NCBI GenBank assembly: GCA_963812605.1
Contig: CAWEWF010000006.1
Coordinates: 224,001 to 288,000, forward strand
Length of the DNA stretch: 64,000 nt
Reading direction: 5' to 3'
Source: an uncultured Verrucomicrobiae bacterium
GTDB taxonomy: Bacteria > Verrucomicrobiota > Verrucomicrobiia > Palsa-1439
The translations under genes were made by a program, and so were the position numbers. Positions 31,102 to 39,565 of the stretch are shown one piece after another; the stretch's first letter is position 1; each line of letters opens with the position of its first letter. Below the pieces are notes generated by a model. The model saw only the letters and a list, made by a program, of their open reading frames with translations. It searched no databases and was not told where the DNA came from.

Positions 31102-31437
31102 GGCCCGATATCGGGCGCGTGCTTCGGCAACCATGGAACGCCGACGTGGGAGCGCGGGTTCGAGAATAACGCGCACCTGAACGTGTAGCACCTCGGCGAC
31201 GCGCCGCAGCATGCTCAGCGAATGCCCTTCGTAGGTGGGCGACTCCAGGCGACAAATCTGTTGCTGTGTCGTTCCGGCGCGTTTCGCCAATTCCTTCTGC
31301 GAAAGTCCGGCTTTCTCGCGCAAAGCGGCAAGCTGCAACGCGATGTCCCACGCCTCGCCCGCTTGCCGGAAACGCCCGGCAAAAGCCTCGTCCTTCAGTT
31401 GCCGCTCCAAATAAAGATCGAAGTTCGTCGTTTTCAT
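31096..31437 (-). CDS. XRE-family HTH antitoxin (HigA-like)
   Basis: LREKAGLSQKELAKRAGTTQQQICRLE; ATGA overlap with upstream toxin. Confidence 0.85.
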   Translation of the reverse strand: MKTTNFDLYLERQLKDEAFAGRFRQAGEAWDIALQLAALREKAGLSQKELAKRAGTTQQQICRLESPTYEGHSLSMLRRVAEVLHVQVRVILEPALPRRRSMVAEARARYRAR

Positions 31438-31787
31438 CTGTCCTGCCTGCTCAACCAATCACGCATCCGTTCGAGCGCCACAGCCCGGTCCCCCGCGCGG
31501 ATTTCCTGTGCCTTGTTGCGGATGCCGTGCGCGGCTACGATGCGACGACCCTTCATGAAGAAGTAGAGTACCCGCGTATTCAGCTTGCCGACATGACGCA
31601 ATTCAAACAAACCATCACCAACGGCCTTCGACAACGGTAAGCGGTGATACTGCCGGTTGCGCAGCTTCGCCAGTCCCGCCATGATTGCCGCGTAATCGTC
31701 AGGATCACTGGCATTCAACTCATCAAGGAACTCTCGCACGGGACATCGTCCCGTTGCTGACTCGTAGAACTCTACACTGAAGTCCAT
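31434..31787 (-). CDS. RelE/HigB (Gp49-like) toxin
   Basis: VEFYES..GRCPVREFL, GLFELR, RVLYFF; toxin-before-antitoxin order. Confidence 0.85.
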   Translation of the reverse strand: MDFSVEFYESATGRCPVREFLDELNASDPDDYAAIMAGLAKLRNRQYHRLPLSKAVGDGLFELRHVGKLNTRVLYFFMKGRRIVAAHGIRNKAQEIRAGDRAVALERMRDWLSRQDR

Positions 31788-31796
31788 CCTCTTGCA

Positions 31797-31812
31797 ACAT
31801 CAATATTGATGT
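31797..31812. promoter_or_regulatory. Perfect 16-bp palindrome ACATCAATATTGATGT, probable antitoxin operator
   Basis: Immediately upstream of the toxin ATG; also supplies the current ygeY stop codon. Confidence 0.6.
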
Positions 31813-33029
31813 CGGCGCTTTTTCGTCTCGGCCACAATGATCTGTGGAATCGCGGCGTAGAAAATGGTCGCTTTGATGAGCGCATCCACCGGCACAACTT
31901 CGTTGGTCTGGTGCGCGTAGATTTCATGCTGGGGGCCAAAGCCGATGGTGGGGATGTTGTGGCGGCCCGCAGTGGCGACGCCGTTGGTGGAGAATGTCCA
32001 GCGATCGACGCGCGGCTTCTTGCCGAGCGCAATGGTCCCGGCTTTCACGCCGGCGCGGACGAGCGGATGTTTCTCGTCGAGCACCCACGTCGGGAAATAT
32101 TTCTGCTGGCCGACTTTCAAGCCGGTCCAGGCAACGGCGTCGTAATTCAGAATCTCTACTTTTCCTTTCGCCTTCTTCACGGAAGGCAACGCCTGGATTT
32201 CTTTCACCGATGACTGCGGCGTTTCGCCCTTGGTCATGCGCCGGTCGAGGTAGATGGCGCATTCATCAGCAACCGCATTGAACGACGGCGTGCTGGCTTC
32301 GATGCACGTGACGGCCACGGTGCCGACGCCGAGGAATTTGTCGTACTTCAATCCGCGCCGGTTGAGCTTGTCAACGTCCTTGATGATCTCGGCCATCTTG
32401 GTGATGGGGTTGTCGCCGCGCTCGGGCGCGGAAGCGTGGCAGGATCGGCCTTTGACGGTGACCTTGATTTCCATGCGGCCACGATGTCCGCGATAGACGC
32501 CGAGATGCGTCGGCTCGGTGATGACCACGTAGTCCGGCACCAGCTTTTCTTTTTCGATGACGTGCAACAGGCACAAGCCGTCGCAATCCTCTTCCATCAC
32601 GCTGCCGACCACCCACAGCGTGTAGTCACCGTCAAGACCGAGCTGCTGGATCGCCTTCCCTGCGTACACCATCGACGCCACGGAGGTCTTCTGGTCGCAT
32701 GCGCCGCGTCCGTAAATCTTGCCGTTCTCGAACTTGCCCTTGAACGGGTCCCACTTCCACTGGCTGCGATCGCCGACGTGCACGGTATCGACATGCGAAT
32801 CGATCATGATTTTCGTCTTGCCCTTGCCGATCCGGCCGATGACGTTGCCCATCTTGTCGAACCAGACCTTGTCGAAGCCCACCTTGCGCATTTCCTGGGC
32901 GATGCGCTTGCAGACATTCCCCTCCGTGCCGCTGAAACCCGGGATGGCGATCAGGTCGCGGGAAAACTTGATGATGTCCTTCTCATAGGACTTCACGGTA
33001 CGGCGCAACAATGGGACAGAAGCTGTCAT
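31800..33029 (-). CDS. ygeY: YgeY family M20 metallo-hydrolase
   Basis: DSHVDTV, GRGACDQK, EEDCDGLC, YRGHRGR, KYFPTW, WTFSTNGV. Confidence 0.88.
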   Translation of the reverse strand: MTASVPLLRRTVKSYEKDIIKFSRDLIAIPGFSGTEGNVCKRIAQEMRKVGFDKVWFDKMGNVIGRIGKGKTKIMIDSHVDTVHVGDRSQWKWDPFKGKFENGKIYGRGACDQKTSVASMVYAGKAIQQLGLDGDYTLWVVGSVMEEDCDGLCLLHVIEKEKLVPDYVVITEPTHLGVYRGHRGRMEIKVTVKGRSCHASAPERGDNPITKMAEIIKDVDKLNRRGLKYDKFLGVGTVAVTCIEASTPSFNAVADECAIYLDRRMTKGETPQSSVKEIQALPSVKKAKGKVEILNYDAVAWTGLKVGQQKYFPTWVLDEKHPLVRAGVKAGTIALGKKPRVDRWTFSTNGVATAGRHNIPTIGFGPQHEIYAHQTNEVVPVDALIKATIFYAAIPQIIVAETKKRRHQY

Positions 33030-33060
33030 GTGATTCAATTCCCTTTCGTGCGCCCTGCCC

Positions 33061-33166
33061 TGTCATGCCGAGTCCCGTCATACGACGGGATCCCGCAGCA
33101 TTGCGGGACTCGTCGAGGCATCTCTGTCGTTATGGCGAGAAACCGTCCGCTTCGCTCGGGATGACA
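33061..33166. repeat. TGTCAT...ATGACA palindromic element with nested hairpins
   Basis: Terminal inverted hexamers; internal TCCCGTC/GACGGGA and TCCCGCA/TGCGGGA hairpins; related remnants near 24374 and 63943. Confidence 0.65.
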
Positions 33167-33196
33167 AATCGGAAGGACGCTATGCGACTTGTACAA

Positions 33197-33229
33197 TTTT
33201 GACTCTTGCCCGTCAACAAATTCGTTGAC
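33197..33229. repeat. Direct repeat R1 (33 bp): promoter/operator core
   Basis: TTTTGACTCTTGCCCGTCAACAAATTCGTTGAC, identical in R2 and R3; carries the -35 of leftward TTGACG-N17-TACAAG for ygeY. Confidence 0.95.
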
Positions 33230-33342
33230 GCCGTTGACCCGTTTGTCGTTCGTCCCAGTATGGAGAGGCGAGCCGACCTGCCCTCCCCCCTGCGACCACG
33301 TGTGCAATGGACACGGCACCTCGTCCATTGTAGAATATCGCC

Positions 33343-33564
33343 ATGACCAATGCTGCGGCAAAGACCACGATTCCAGCCGAGTGGCTCGAGGAATTTGAGG
33401 CAGCGGCGCGCCGTCCGCTGGCGCAGCGCTGGAAATACGCCTTCATCCATACGTACAAGCCGGTGCTGGACGATGCCTCGTACCGGGCGTTTGACACGTT
33501 GGAAGACTACCGGCGCTGGTGCGACCAAAACCTTCCCGACTGGCTCGGGTATGCCCGCCTTTGA
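33343..33564 (+). CDS. Small protein, putative antitoxin partner of nucleotidyltransferase
   Basis: TGGACA-N17-TAGAAT promoter 6 nt before ATG; overlaps next gene. Confidence 0.6.
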   Translation: MTNAAAKTTIPAEWLEEFEAAARRPLAQRWKYAFIHTYKPVLDDASYRAFDTLEDYRRWCDQNLPDWLGYARL

Positions 33565-34024
33565 GTATCGGCAAGCCGAGGAAGTTCGCGATGCACTCGC
33601 GCGTCACCGCGTGCGCTATCTGTTCATCGGCAAGTCCGGTGCCATCCTGCTCGGTTTTCCCGATACGACCCAGGATGCCGATTTGTTTGTCGAGAAAACG
33701 AAGGCCAATTGCCAGGCACTGGTGAACGCGCTCCGCGAATTGAATTTCGCGCTCACCGAACCACAGGCGGCTGACATCCGTCGCGGCAAGGATTTCGTCC
33801 AACTCAAAAACGGCCCGTTCGACCTCGACCTGGTTTTTGCTCCGGATGGGCTCGACCACTTTGCTGACGCTTGGAAACGGCGGATCGAAGTCGAGGGTTT
33901 TCCCGTCTGCCATATCGATGACATTATCGCCAGCAAAGCCGCCACGAACCGCGTCAAGGACCGGGAGTCGCTTCCCCGGTTGCGCTCTTTCCGCGAATAT
34001 TGGCTCGCCAAGCACCCCAACTAA
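33551..34024 (+). CDS. Pol-beta-superfamily nucleotidyltransferase (DUF6036/AbiEii-like)
   Basis: IGKSGAILLG..TQDADL, DLDL, SKAATNRVKD motifs. Confidence 0.7.
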   Translation: MPAFEYRQAEEVRDALARHRVRYLFIGKSGAILLGFPDTTQDADLFVEKTKANCQALVNALRELNFALTEPQAADIRRGKDFVQLKNGPFDLDLVFAPDGLDHFADAWKRRIEVEGFPVCHIDDIIASKAATNRVKDRESLPRLRSFREYWLAKHPN

Positions 34025-34058
34025 GCGCCTGCGTGCCATGAGTTTTATCCCCCGGCTT

Positions 34059-34134
34059 TTTTGACTCTTGCCCGTCAACAAATTCGTTGACATAATGCAG
34101 CCGTGTTCTACCAGCCGAAGGACATCCAAAAGGC
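34059..34134. repeat. Direct repeat R2 (76 bp): promoter/operator plus first codons of the FAD subunit gene
   Basis: Identical to 35208-35283. Confidence 0.95.
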
Positions 34135-34212
34135 TCGGAGTTGACCCTGGCTATTCCAGCCCGCGCGAGCTTTCAAGTTTCGGCCATTGGACGCCGCTGA
34201 CTAAACAGGCCG

Positions 34213-35190
34213 CTAATGGTCAGACGCTCGTGCCATGTTCTCGAAAACCTTGGCCGCGCTCACAGCGTTAGAAAAAGCTTGCTCCCAGATATCCAGTCTC
34301 TTCAGTGCCGCCGTTTTTTGCTTGTCGACCCACTTTAACTTAAGCTGAGCGATTGCTCCCGGATCATCAGTCAGTTCCGTCGCAAGCAAGTCAGGGTCTG
34401 CACTTCCACCATAAATCTCGTAATTCCAGAGATCACGAGCTTCTTTGTGATTAGCTAACACGATATGAGTCAGGCGGACTAATTCCTCGGCATTCGTATT
34501 GGGATAGACTTCGGTTTCTGTAGCTACGACGCTAGCAAGTTCATCAATCGGCGCGGCCATTTCTATGACCCTCTGAGCATACAACGGATAATTCACTCCA
34601 GCATTTATAGCCGATCCGATTTCGTTAATCTTGGACATCGCAGTTTTTGCTGCCACGGCGACTCGATCGTAGGATTCTGCCTGCTTGCGCGCCGCATATT
34701 GCCGTTCCTGCTCTGCCTTCAACGCCGCTTGTTTCTGCGCCTCGGCTTGTTCCGCCTTTTGTTGTTCGACCTTTGCCTGTTCGGCTTTCGCCCGTTCGGT
34801 TATGAGTTGTTCCGCCTTCGCCTGCTCAGCCTTGAGTTGCTCCGCCATTTGTTGCTCTGTCATTAAGTGCGCTGCTTTCTGACGATGCCAATGCCAAATT
34901 CCAAGAGCGCCAGCCACAAGAATTGCGACGGCAGGAATCCACAGGAGCAGTTTCTTGCTTGATGGACTCCCGGTTGGCTTTCCCGCCACGAGTTCGCGTC
35001 CACAGAACCGGCAGATTCGCGCTTCTCGCTTGATTGTCTCAGCGCAGTAAGGGCATTTCTTTGTCTCTGAAGTCGGAGGAGGAGTGGGCGGTACGGATAC
35101 CAACGAACGAGGCAGAGATGCCGGGGGCGAAGATGGCATGGCAGCGCTGACAACCTCACACCACACTGGAGAGATGGCCATTTGCGTCAA
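34213..35190 (-). CDS. Zinc-ribbon / transmembrane / coiled-coil protein (start may be 35139)
   Basis: CPYCAETIKREARICRFCG, one TM helix, KAEQ repeats; lower GC. Confidence 0.7.
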   Translation of the reverse strand: MTQMAISPVWCEVVSAAMPSSPPASLPRSLVSVPPTPPPTSETKKCPYCAETIKREARICRFCGRELVAGKPTGSPSSKKLLLWIPAVAILVAGALGIWHWHRQKAAHLMTEQQMAEQLKAEQAKAEQLITERAKAEQAKVEQQKAEQAEAQKQAALKAEQERQYAARKQAESYDRVAVAAKTAMSKINEIGSAINAGVNYPLYAQRVIEMAAPIDELASVVATETEVYPNTNAEELVRLTHIVLANHKEARDLWNYEIYGGSADPDLLATELTDDPGAIAQLKLKWVDKQKTAALKRLDIWEQAFSNAVSAAKVFENMARASDH

Positions 35191-35207
35191 TTACATGCCC
35201 CCTAGTA

Positions 35208-35283
35208 TTTTGACTCTTGCCCGTCAACAAATTCGTTGACATAATGCAGCCGTGTTCTACCAGCCGAAGGACATCCAAAAGGC
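35208..35283 (+). promoter_or_regulatory. Direct repeat R3: promoter TTGCCC-N17-CATAAT with operator GTCAAC-N6-GTTGAC
   Basis: Palindrome fills the -35/-10 spacer; GTG start 6 nt after -10. Confidence 0.8.
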
Positions 35284-36059
35284 CCTTGAGCTCAAAGCCG
35301 AACTGAAGGAACGGGGCGCCTTCATCGCCGGCGGCACCGACATCGTGGTCCTCATGAACCACGGCAAAGCCGCGCCCGAAAACTTCATCGACCTCACGCA
35401 TATTCCCGAATTGCGCGCCATTCACAAACACAACGGCACGCTGGAACTGGCCGGCAACGTCACCCATGCGCAAACGGGCAAACTGCCGATCCGTTGCCTC
35501 GCGCAGGCTTCGTTGAGCGTGGGCGGACCGGGAATTCGCGAACTCGGCACGATCGCCGGCAATCTCGCAACCGCCTCGCCCGCCGGCGACGGTTCCGCCG
35601 CCCTGCTGGCGCTCGATGCGGAAGTGGAATTGACCAGCGTGCGCGGCACGCGGCGGCTGTCGCTCGAGAAATTTTTTCTCGGCTATCGCAAGACCGCCCT
35701 CGCACCCGACGAGATGATCACGAAAGTTATCATCCCGACGAACTACCAGACCGATTGGGCCAAGAATGGCAAGCGCGGCGCGATGAACATCTCGATTGTC
35801 GCGGCGGCGGTGGCCATCACCCCGAAAAAGGAAGTCCGCATCGCGCTGGCGTCCGTCGCGGCGACGCCGATCCGCTGTTACCAGGCGGAGACGTTTCTGG
35901 CAAAGAACGGCCTGATGGCGCGAAACAATTCGCGAAGCCTCCGAGACGGTGCGCAGCGAAATCAAGCCCATCACGGATCACCGCGCCAGCGCGGATTACA
36001 AAGTGCATTTGTCCGGTGTCATGGTGCGGCGGCTGTTGGAAGGTTTGGTGAAAGCATGA
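35252..36059 (+). CDS. Xanthine dehydrogenase family FAD-binding subunit (frameshift near 35915)
   Basis: AGGTDI, GTIAGNLATASPAGD; true C-terminus PITDHRASADYK...KA* in another frame. Confidence 0.88.
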
Positions 36060-36598
36060 AGAAGCCGGCGAAAAAAACTGTAGCGGCGGTCTATGACCGC
36101 CGAACGGCAAAGACCAATGGTCTCTGGCCGCTCCGCTTCAAGCTCAACGGCAAAAAAATTGCCACGCCGGTGCCGCCAACACGGACCCTGCTGGATTTTC
36201 TGCGGTTGGAACTGGGCCTGACGGGCACAAAGGGCGCCTGCCTCGAAGGCGAATGCGGGAGCTGTTACGTGTTGGTGGACGGCAAGCCAATGAATTCCTG
36301 CCTGATGCTCGCGCCGCAGGTGCAGGACCGCAACGTCACGACCATCGAAGGGCTGGCGCAAAACAAGAAGCTCGACGTGATCCAGCAGAAGTTCATCGAC
36401 TGCGGCGCGGTGCAGTGCGGCTATTGCACGCCGGGGTTGATCCTTGCGGCGAAAGCGTTGCTCGCCGAAAACCCGCACCCGACCCGCGAAGAGTTTCTGG
36501 TCGGCATGGAGGGCAACATCTGCCGTTGCACGGGTTACAACAAGATCCTGCGCGCCTGCGAGCAGGCGGCGGAGGAACTGGGGCTGAAGAAGAAATGA
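36056..36598 (+). CDS. Xanthine dehydrogenase family 2Fe-2S subunit
   Basis: GTKGACLEGECGSC, NSC, QCGYCTPG, CRCTGY. Confidence 0.93.
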   Translation: MKKPAKKTVAAVYDRRTAKTNGLWPLRFKLNGKKIATPVPPTRTLLDFLRLELGLTGTKGACLEGECGSCYVLVDGKPMNSCLMLAPQVQDRNVTTIEGLAQNKKLDVIQQKFIDCGAVQCGYCTPGLILAAKALLAENPHPTREEFLVGMEGNICRCTGYNKILRACEQAAEELGLKKK

Positions 36599-38934
36599 GC
36601 CGACCGACCGACACTCTCGAAGAGAGCGCTGCGCGCCTTGACGCGACCGCCAAAAGTTCCGGCGCTTACGAGAGCGGCCCGATGAAAGTCGTCGGCAAAT
36701 CGGCGCTGCGCCTGGACGCGGTTGGCAAGGCGACGGGCGCGACGAAGTACGGCCAGGATCTCTTTGACAAGAAGTTTCTTTTTGCAAAGGTACTGCGGGC
36801 CGCCCACCCCCACGCGGAAATTCTGCGGATCGACACGAGCGCGGCGAAGAAATTGCCCGGCGTGGTCGCCGTGCTCACCCACAAGGACGTGCCGGGCACC
36901 AACCTCCATGGCTTGATCCGCCGCGACCAGGAAGTGTTGTGCAGCAAGAAAGTCCGCTACATGGGCGACGCCGTCGCAGTCGTCGTCGCGAAGACGGAAG
37001 AGATCGCCGTCGCGGCCTTGAAAAAGATCCAGGTGGACTACCGGCCGTTGCCGTCCGTGCTCACGATGGAAGACGCGCTCAAGCCCGACGCGCCGAAGAT
37101 CCACGCCGAGGGAAATGTGCTTGGCGAGAAACATCTCCGCCGGGGCGATGCGCCGAAGGCCATGCGGGAGGCCGATGTCGTGGTCGAGGATACCATCCAG
37201 ACGCAGACGGTGGACCACGCCTTTCTCGACCTCGAAGCCGGCCGGGCGCGCTACGACGGAAAAATGTTGGTCATCGAAGTGTCCGGCCAGTGGCTGCATG
37301 AGGAACGCCGTTTGATCGCGCTCGCGTTGGGCCTGCCGTTGGAAAAACTCCGCATCATTCAACCGGCCACCGGCGGCGCGTTTGGCGGTCGCGAAGACAT
37401 TTCGATCCAGATTTATCTTGGCGCGGCGGCGTTGAAACTGAAGGGCAAAACAATCTGCCTCCGTTATTCACGGAGTGAATCAACGATCGCGCGCCACAAG
37501 CGGCATCCCATTCGCATCCATTACAAGCTCGGCGCAAAAAAAGACGGGACACTCGTCGCCGCGCAGATCACGTTCTATGTGGACAAAGGCGCGTACGCCT
37601 CGACGGGCATCGCCGTCATGCGCAAGGCATCGAGTCACGCCACCGGGCCTTACAAGGTGCCGCACGTCTGGGTCGATGTCCTCGGCGTGTTCACCAATAA
37701 CAACCCCTGCGGCGCGATGCGCGGCTTCGGCGCGGCGCAAACCGCCATTGCTTATGAGGGGTTGATGGATCGCCTCGCGGTGAAGCTCGGCATGGACAAG
37801 GCCGAGTTGCGCCGGAAAAACCTGGTGAAGTCCGGCGACGAAGTCACGACCGGACAGGTGGTGCCCTACGCCACCGCCGTCGAGTGTTTCGACGCGGTCT
37901 TGCAGCGGATTGACTGGAAGAACCGCAGCTACGAGACGCCCGCCCCGCACCTGAAGCGCGGCTACGGCATCAGCGTCATCTGCTTCGGTCTCGGCTACGG
38001 CGACGGGTTCCCCGACGCGTCGCGCGCCCGCTGCCGGCTCACCGCGGACGGCATCGTGGAAGTTTTCTCGGGCGCCTGCGATGTCGGGCAGGGGGTCATT
38101 AACATGATCGCGCAGATCGCGGCGGAGGAAGTCGGCGTGCCGCTGGAAAAAGTGCGGCCGATCCTCTCGGACACAGCGTTGACGCCCGAGTCCGGCAGCT
38201 CGTCGGCCACGCGGCAGACCTATTTCACCGGCTCGGCCGTGCACATCGCCGCGTCGGAATTGAAAAAACAATTGCAGGACATCGCTGCCAGCCATCTCCA
38301 GGAATTGGTTTACGAAATCCAGATCGAGAACGGCGTGGCCTTCAATATCCACCGCCCGGAAAAGCGGCTGACGTTGAAGGAAATCGCGCGCGTGGGAAAG
38401 AAGCGCGGTTTTTCGCTGGAAGCGACAGGCGTGTACAAACCGCCGACGATGCCGGAGAACACGCAGACGGGGCAGAGCATGCGGGCGTTTGTCACGTACC
38501 TTTTCGGGAGCCACGCCTGCCAGTTGCTGGTCGATACGGAGACCGGCGAGGTGAAAATCGAACGCTACATCGCCTGTCACGACGTCGGCAAAGCCATCAA
38601 TCCCGACCAGGTCACCGGCCAGATTCAGGGCGGCGTCGCCCAGGGAATTGGCATGGCTTTGATGGAAGAAGTGGTGATGAAAGACGGCAAGATCATGAAT
38701 CCGGGTTTCACGGACTACATTCTGCCGACGATTCGCGACGTGCCCGAGATTGAATGCATCGTGATGGAGAATCCCGATCCGGGCGGCCCCTTCGGCGCGC
38801 GCGGCGTCGGGGAACCACCGCTGATCGGGACGGGACCCGCCATTCTTTCGGCGATCTACGACGCCATTGGCACGCCGATTCGTGAGCTTCCCGCCACCCC
38901 GGAGCGCGTCTGGCGCGCTCTGTTGGAGCGCTGA
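36595..38934 (+). CDS. Xanthine dehydrogenase family molybdopterin-binding subunit
   Basis: GGAFGG, AMRGFG, DVGQG, GQIQGG, GVGEPP. Confidence 0.95.
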   Translation: MSRPTDTLEESAARLDATAKSSGAYESGPMKVVGKSALRLDAVGKATGATKYGQDLFDKKFLFAKVLRAAHPHAEILRIDTSAAKKLPGVVAVLTHKDVPGTNLHGLIRRDQEVLCSKKVRYMGDAVAVVVAKTEEIAVAALKKIQVDYRPLPSVLTMEDALKPDAPKIHAEGNVLGEKHLRRGDAPKAMREADVVVEDTIQTQTVDHAFLDLEAGRARYDGKMLVIEVSGQWLHEERRLIALALGLPLEKLRIIQPATGGAFGGREDISIQIYLGAAALKLKGKTICLRYSRSESTIARHKRHPIRIHYKLGAKKDGTLVAAQITFYVDKGAYASTGIAVMRKASSHATGPYKVPHVWVDVLGVFTNNNPCGAMRGFGAAQTAIAYEGLMDRLAVKLGMDKAELRRKNLVKSGDEVTTGQVVPYATAVECFDAVLQRIDWKNRSYETPAPHLKRGYGISVICFGLGYGDGFPDASRARCRLTADGIVEVFSGACDVGQGVINMIAQIAAEEVGVPLEKVRPILSDTALTPESGSSSATRQTYFTGSAVHIAASELKKQLQDIAASHLQELVYEIQIENGVAFNIHRPEKRLTLKEIARVGKKRGFSLEATGVYKPPTMPENTQTGQSMRAFVTYLFGSHACQLLVDTETGEVKIERYIACHDVGKAINPDQVTGQIQGGVAQGIGMALMEEVVMKDGKIMNPGFTDYILPTIRDVPEIECIVMENPDPGGPFGARGVGEPPLIGTGPAILSAIYDAIGTPIRELPATPERVWRALLER

Positions 38935-39029
38935 TACACGCGGCCGGTGACGGCATGGGCGTTGCTCCAGAATGGCGTGTTTTGCGAGATCACAAGGCAA
39001 TTGACAGGATGTATTTTGTATGTTAAGAA

Positions 39030-39049
39030 CGTTCAGTTTTAATTGAACG
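39030..39049. promoter_or_regulatory. Inverted repeat CGTTCA-N8-TGAACG, probable autoregulatory operator
   Basis: Directly before regulator ATG, downstream of TTGACA at 39001. Confidence 0.55.
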
Positions 39050-39565
39050 ATGCCTAAAAATACTCCATCCGCCAATTGGCCGGCCGTCCGTCGCAAGTTC
39101 ATCGAAGCTGGTGGCTGCACCACGCAATCTTTTGGGCTGGGACGGATCCTCGGCCAGATTTACGCCCTGCTCTATCTCAGTCCCAGCCCCCTTTGTCTCG
39201 ACGATATAGTCCGCGAACTCAGTGTCAGCAAAGCCAGCGTCAGCACCACGGTGCGCCAACTCGAACGCTGGTCGGCGGTCAAGCGCGTCTGGGTCCAGGG
39301 CGATCGCAAAGATTATTACGAAGCCGAGACGGATTTTCACGCGGTCCTGCGTCAGGGACTGTTGACGACAGTGCGCAAGAAACTCGATACCGCCGGTTCC
39401 CAAATCAGCCACGCGGAGAATTCACTTCGCGAGACTCGCGCCAAAGGCAACGGCAAAACCCACGACGATTTGACTGTTGTAAGGCAACGCCTTGAACGCG
39501 CCAAACGGTTTCACGGCAAGATCCAGGGACTCCTGAGCAATCCCCTGCTGGACCAGCTGCTGTAA
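39050..39565 (+). CDS. GbsR/MarR family transcriptional regulator
   Basis: FGLGRILGQIYALLYLS, SKASVS, GDRKDYY. Confidence 0.88.
   Translation: MPKNTPSANWPAVRRKFIEAGGCTTQSFGLGRILGQIYALLYLSPSPLCLDDIVRELSVSKASVSTTVRQLERWSAVKRVWVQGDRKDYYEAETDFHAVLRQGLLTTVRKKLDTAGSQISHAENSLRETRAKGNGKTHDDLTVVRQRLERAKRFHGKIQGLLSNPLLDQLL

Noticed and set aside
33197-35283. CRISPR array or integron
   Set aside because: Spacers are 0.8-1.1 kb genes, the repeats are promoter sequence, and there are no cas genes, attC-like sites or intI
35252-36598. Novel FAD/2Fe-2S fusion protein (448-aa ORF)
   Set aside because: Artefact of a frameshift near 35915; the proper FAD-subunit C-terminus and an ATGA overlap exist in another frame
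37480-39123. Long antisense ORFs (here, 52011-54164, 25204-26487 and others)
   Set aside because: Shadows of high-GC coding strands with no recognisable motifs
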